Assembly: GCA_008369845.1 (NCBI GenBank)
Contig: MRSU01002042.1
Location: forward strand, 1 to 43,626
Direction of reading: 5' to 3'
Source: Trichomonas gallinae
Lineage: Eukaryota
Length of the DNA: 43,626 bases
Positions within the stretch are counted from its first letter, which is position 1; each line of letters begins with the position of its first letter. The notes below the pieces were generated by a model, which was not told the origin of the DNA, did no database searches, and saw only the letters and a list, made by a program, of their open reading frames with translations. The translations under genes and the position numbers were made by a program. This document shows, in pieces, positions 40,995-43,626 of the stretch.

Positions 40995-43277
40995 TTACAA
41001 GATTGCTCTGTAGCGATCGCGAAGAGAACTGAGTGCGAATCTTTCTGCGAGCATGTCTCTGCTTACTGCAATATCTAACTGAGGAACCTTTGGCATCCTG
41101 TTTTCGAACTTTAATACATTTGCAAGCTCTGAATAATCAGCAAACTCCGCAGATTTCTTCAAGAAGTCCATTGGAGTCTGAAGAAGGTTTGGAGAAGAGC
41201 CACCAAAATCGATTAAGTCGTTAACCTCCTTAGATTCCTCCTTTCCTTTAGGCAGCTCTGGAGATTCCGTGTAATCATTGAGATCTCCCTCGGCATCTTC
41301 GTCGAATTCGAATGCATTAGGATCATTATTGCTATGATCAGGAAGTTCTGTATTATCAGCGTGCATTTTAATGATTTTCTCATCAGATTCTGCAAAACTA
41401 GCAATAATTGCGTCCTGCGACTCCTTTGTACTCTTTAAGGCTGTTTCTGGGACTTTAACGTTGATGTCTCCAGTGTTTGTCAGCTTTAAATACTTGGCAA
41501 CTTTGTTGTGTTTTTTATCACCGCTGACTTTATATGCGAATCCATTAATTTTAAGAGGTGGTCCTCTCTTTGAGACCTTCTTGAAGAACTTCTCTAGCTC
41601 TGAATCTGAATATTTATCAAATTGCAAAAATGATAATTGGCGAATGTTGCAATTTTCGCGAAGGGCCAATGAGAATTCTTTCTTTTCGTCTTTGTTGAAG
41701 TCGACATCATATATACCTAATGAATTTATTGTTCTGTTGTACCTGATTCCTCTTAATAACTCAATTTGGAAATTAGAAGCTCTTTCACCACCTGCGAAGA
41801 TGAATGTCTGTAGGTAGTTTTGTCTGATCAAGAAATCTCTGAATAATAAAATCGATGGATCGTCTTCTTCAAAATTATTTCCGACAGTAAGCAAAGTGAG
41901 CTTGCATTTGTTCATAAACTCTAATATTTCAGCTGAAAAGATGTTTTCCTTCCAGAAAAGCTCGCTAATTTGTGGATCTTCAAATTTTGAAATATTTTTG
42001 TTCAAAACTGACCAACCCATTGAATCCATTTTGATCCTGCTGAGACCAACTCTTAAATTCTTATTAACATTCCTGAATTTAGAGATTAAACCAAGAAATG
42101 TTAATAAATTCTTTGATGTCCAGTAAATGTCCGAAACATCAATGCCAGTCAGACATGGTGGTAAACTTATATCACTTCTTATTGCCAAATCTGCATTAGC
42201 ACCAACCAAACTGAAAACTTGAACTCCATTTTCTTCAAAAGTCGATATATATTCGAGATATTTAGATAAATTGATATTGCAGTTGGAGAAGGAGATATTT
42301 TTCAGGTAAGGAAAGCAAGAATGAACAGTTTTGAAATCAATTCTTGGCATAAATTTAAGCGAAAGCTTGCTGATGTCATTATACGGCTTGCTTTCAACCA
42401 TGCAATCAATGAAGTCTTTAACTTGATGACTGTCAGCTAAAACTGAATCAAATTCGATTTGATCAATTCTGTCGAGTTTCATGAAATCAATGAGTAATTT
42501 GAAGTATTTTGGCTCTGCACACGAATCTTGGAACGTCAAACATGTAATATTTGATGTTTTGTTTTCTTTTAATGCGTTGTAAACCTCAATTAAGTCATGA
42601 TCTATAGCGCCTTTCATGACTAGTTGGCTGATGTATTGGTTTTTAGCAACCAATGGTGCTAATTTGCTCCAAATCGGTTTTGTAAAAGAAGGGAAGATAA
42701 AACACTTTGCTGTTAGGTTTTCTAGCGACGCCATGAAGTAATCAATATCCGGCAATACTTTAGAAGCAATACTTTCGAAATCAAAGGTCTGGCTATTGAA
42801 ATTATTCAAAAACTTGTAGACTTCGTAGTCTGGGCGTTTGTTGTTATTATAGCAAATGAATTTGTATCTCGATGCTGATACATGCGATTTTCTGGTAATG
42901 TTCACTTTCGGAGAAAATTTTGGAAGTTCGTCGTCTGTCAAAATTGCAGTAATGGATTGTGTTAGTTCGTTGTATATTTGGCTAGCATTAGGGGATTGGA
43001 AGTAAAATTCTGTAGATTTATACTCAAATCTTAATTTATCAGCTGTCAGTTCAAGTGTTTTCAAATCAGCGTGTGAATATCTGCTAATCTGCTGATATCC
43101 TCCAAGGAATTTACGCTTAAAAAGCATAATATCGTAGTTGGATATAAAAAGTAATAATGTTTTAGCTTTCTTCGCGTCATTGTTCTCTATAATGTCCTCG
43201 AAGTTGAGATATAAGATGCGAAGAAGTGTTTTATTGTACTGATCATCGATTTCTAATTTTGCTTCTTCGTTGATCAT
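40995..43277 (-). CDS. Leucine-rich repeat protein, CARMIL-like (PH-like N-terminus plus RI-type LRRs)
   Basis: N-terminal beta-rich region, degenerate RI-like repeats (LKENKTSNITCLTF, IRYNRTINSLGI, LRENCNIRQLSF) and an acidic tail. ATG at 43277. Confidence 0.6.
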   Translation of the reverse strand: MINEEAKLEIDDQYNKTLLRILYLNFEDIIENNDAKKAKTLLLFISNYDIMLFKRKFLGGYQQISRYSHADLKTLELTADKLRFEYKSTEFYFQSPNASQIYNELTQSITAILTDDELPKFSPKVNITRKSHVSASRYKFICYNNNKRPDYEVYKFLNNFNSQTFDFESIASKVLPDIDYFMASLENLTAKCFIFPSFTKPIWSKLAPLVAKNQYISQLVMKGAIDHDLIEVYNALKENKTSNITCLTFQDSCAEPKYFKLLIDFMKLDRIDQIEFDSVLADSHQVKDFIDCMVESKPYNDISKLSLKFMPRIDFKTVHSCFPYLKNISFSNCNINLSKYLEYISTFEENGVQVFSLVGANADLAIRSDISLPPCLTGIDVSDIYWTSKNLLTFLGLISKFRNVNKNLRVGLSRIKMDSMGWSVLNKNISKFEDPQISELFWKENIFSAEILEFMNKCKLTLLTVGNNFEEDDPSILLFRDFLIRQNYLQTFIFAGGERASNFQIELLRGIRYNRTINSLGIYDVDFNKDEKKEFSLALRENCNIRQLSFLQFDKYSDSELEKFFKKVSKRGPPLKINGFAYKVSGDKKHNKVAKYLKLTNTGDINVKVPETALKSTKESQDAIIASFAESDEKIIKMHADNTELPDHSNNDPNAFEFDEDAEGDLNDYTESPELPKGKEESKEVNDLIDFGGSSPNLLQTPMDFLKKSAEFADYSELANVLKFENRMPKVPQLDIAVSRDMLAERFALSSLRDRYRAIL

Positions 43278-43549
43278 CACTCAAAAAAAATTTATTTGAG
43301 TCAAATTGTTCGAAATACGTTTGATTATATTCGTACACATCTACAGATGCAGTGGTCCTATCGTTTTACCTTATTTTCCAGTCTGAAATCTTAAATTTTC
43401 GAATAAAAAAGACCAATTTGTTGAAATTCCGTGTGCATTTGCATTTTCTCGAATAATGGAAGCTTTTCCAATGATTTTTGAAAATTTTGACTGATTTTGA
43501 TAACAAAAAATCATGGCAAAAATTGTAGAAAATATTATAAACTGGATGA

Positions 43550-43626
43550 CCGAAGGTGGCCCCTATTGAGAGGAATTGAGAGAAAAAACGATTAAAAAGC
43601 CCTCAAATATAGGGGCCACCTTAGGG
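43550..43626. repeat. GC-rich inverted repeat at the window end, possible mobile-element terminus
   Basis: AAGGTGGCCCCTAT (43553-43566) and ATAGGGGCCACCTT (43609-43622) are perfect reverse complements. Confidence 0.75.

Overview
AT-rich eukaryotic DNA with intron-less, densely spaced genes, very short 5' leaders carrying TCA(T/C)TT initiator-like elements, and gene families typical of a trichomonad parabasalid (most like Trichomonas vaginalis; inferred from gene content, not from a database match). About 16 intact genes are present: an ankyrin protein, a Mei2-type RRM protein, a transmembrane PAS adenylyl cyclase, a GT-A-like glycosyltransferase, two paralogous internally duplicated Bap-like secreted proteins flanking a SENP8-like protease, a longin-TM protein, a TTLL, a 7TM protein, a Wee1/Myt1-like kinase, an Ap4A phosphorylase, Cdc25, a GDP-sugar transporter, IFT22, a type I surface protein and a CARMIL-like LRR protein. 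There are also several damaged genes (GT61-like, SPRY-like, ankyrin fragments). I found no rRNA, tRNA, CRISPR array or transposase. The most striking unexplained signal is non-coding: a TG(T/A)CA(T/C)GTAA motif seen 15 times by eye, always intergenic, and often in ~19-20 nt-phased arrays or palindromic pairs upstream of genes. A GC-rich 14-bp perfect hairpin sits at the right edge of the window. I see no convincing novel multi-gene system. Several start codons are placed downstream of the ORF-track starts.
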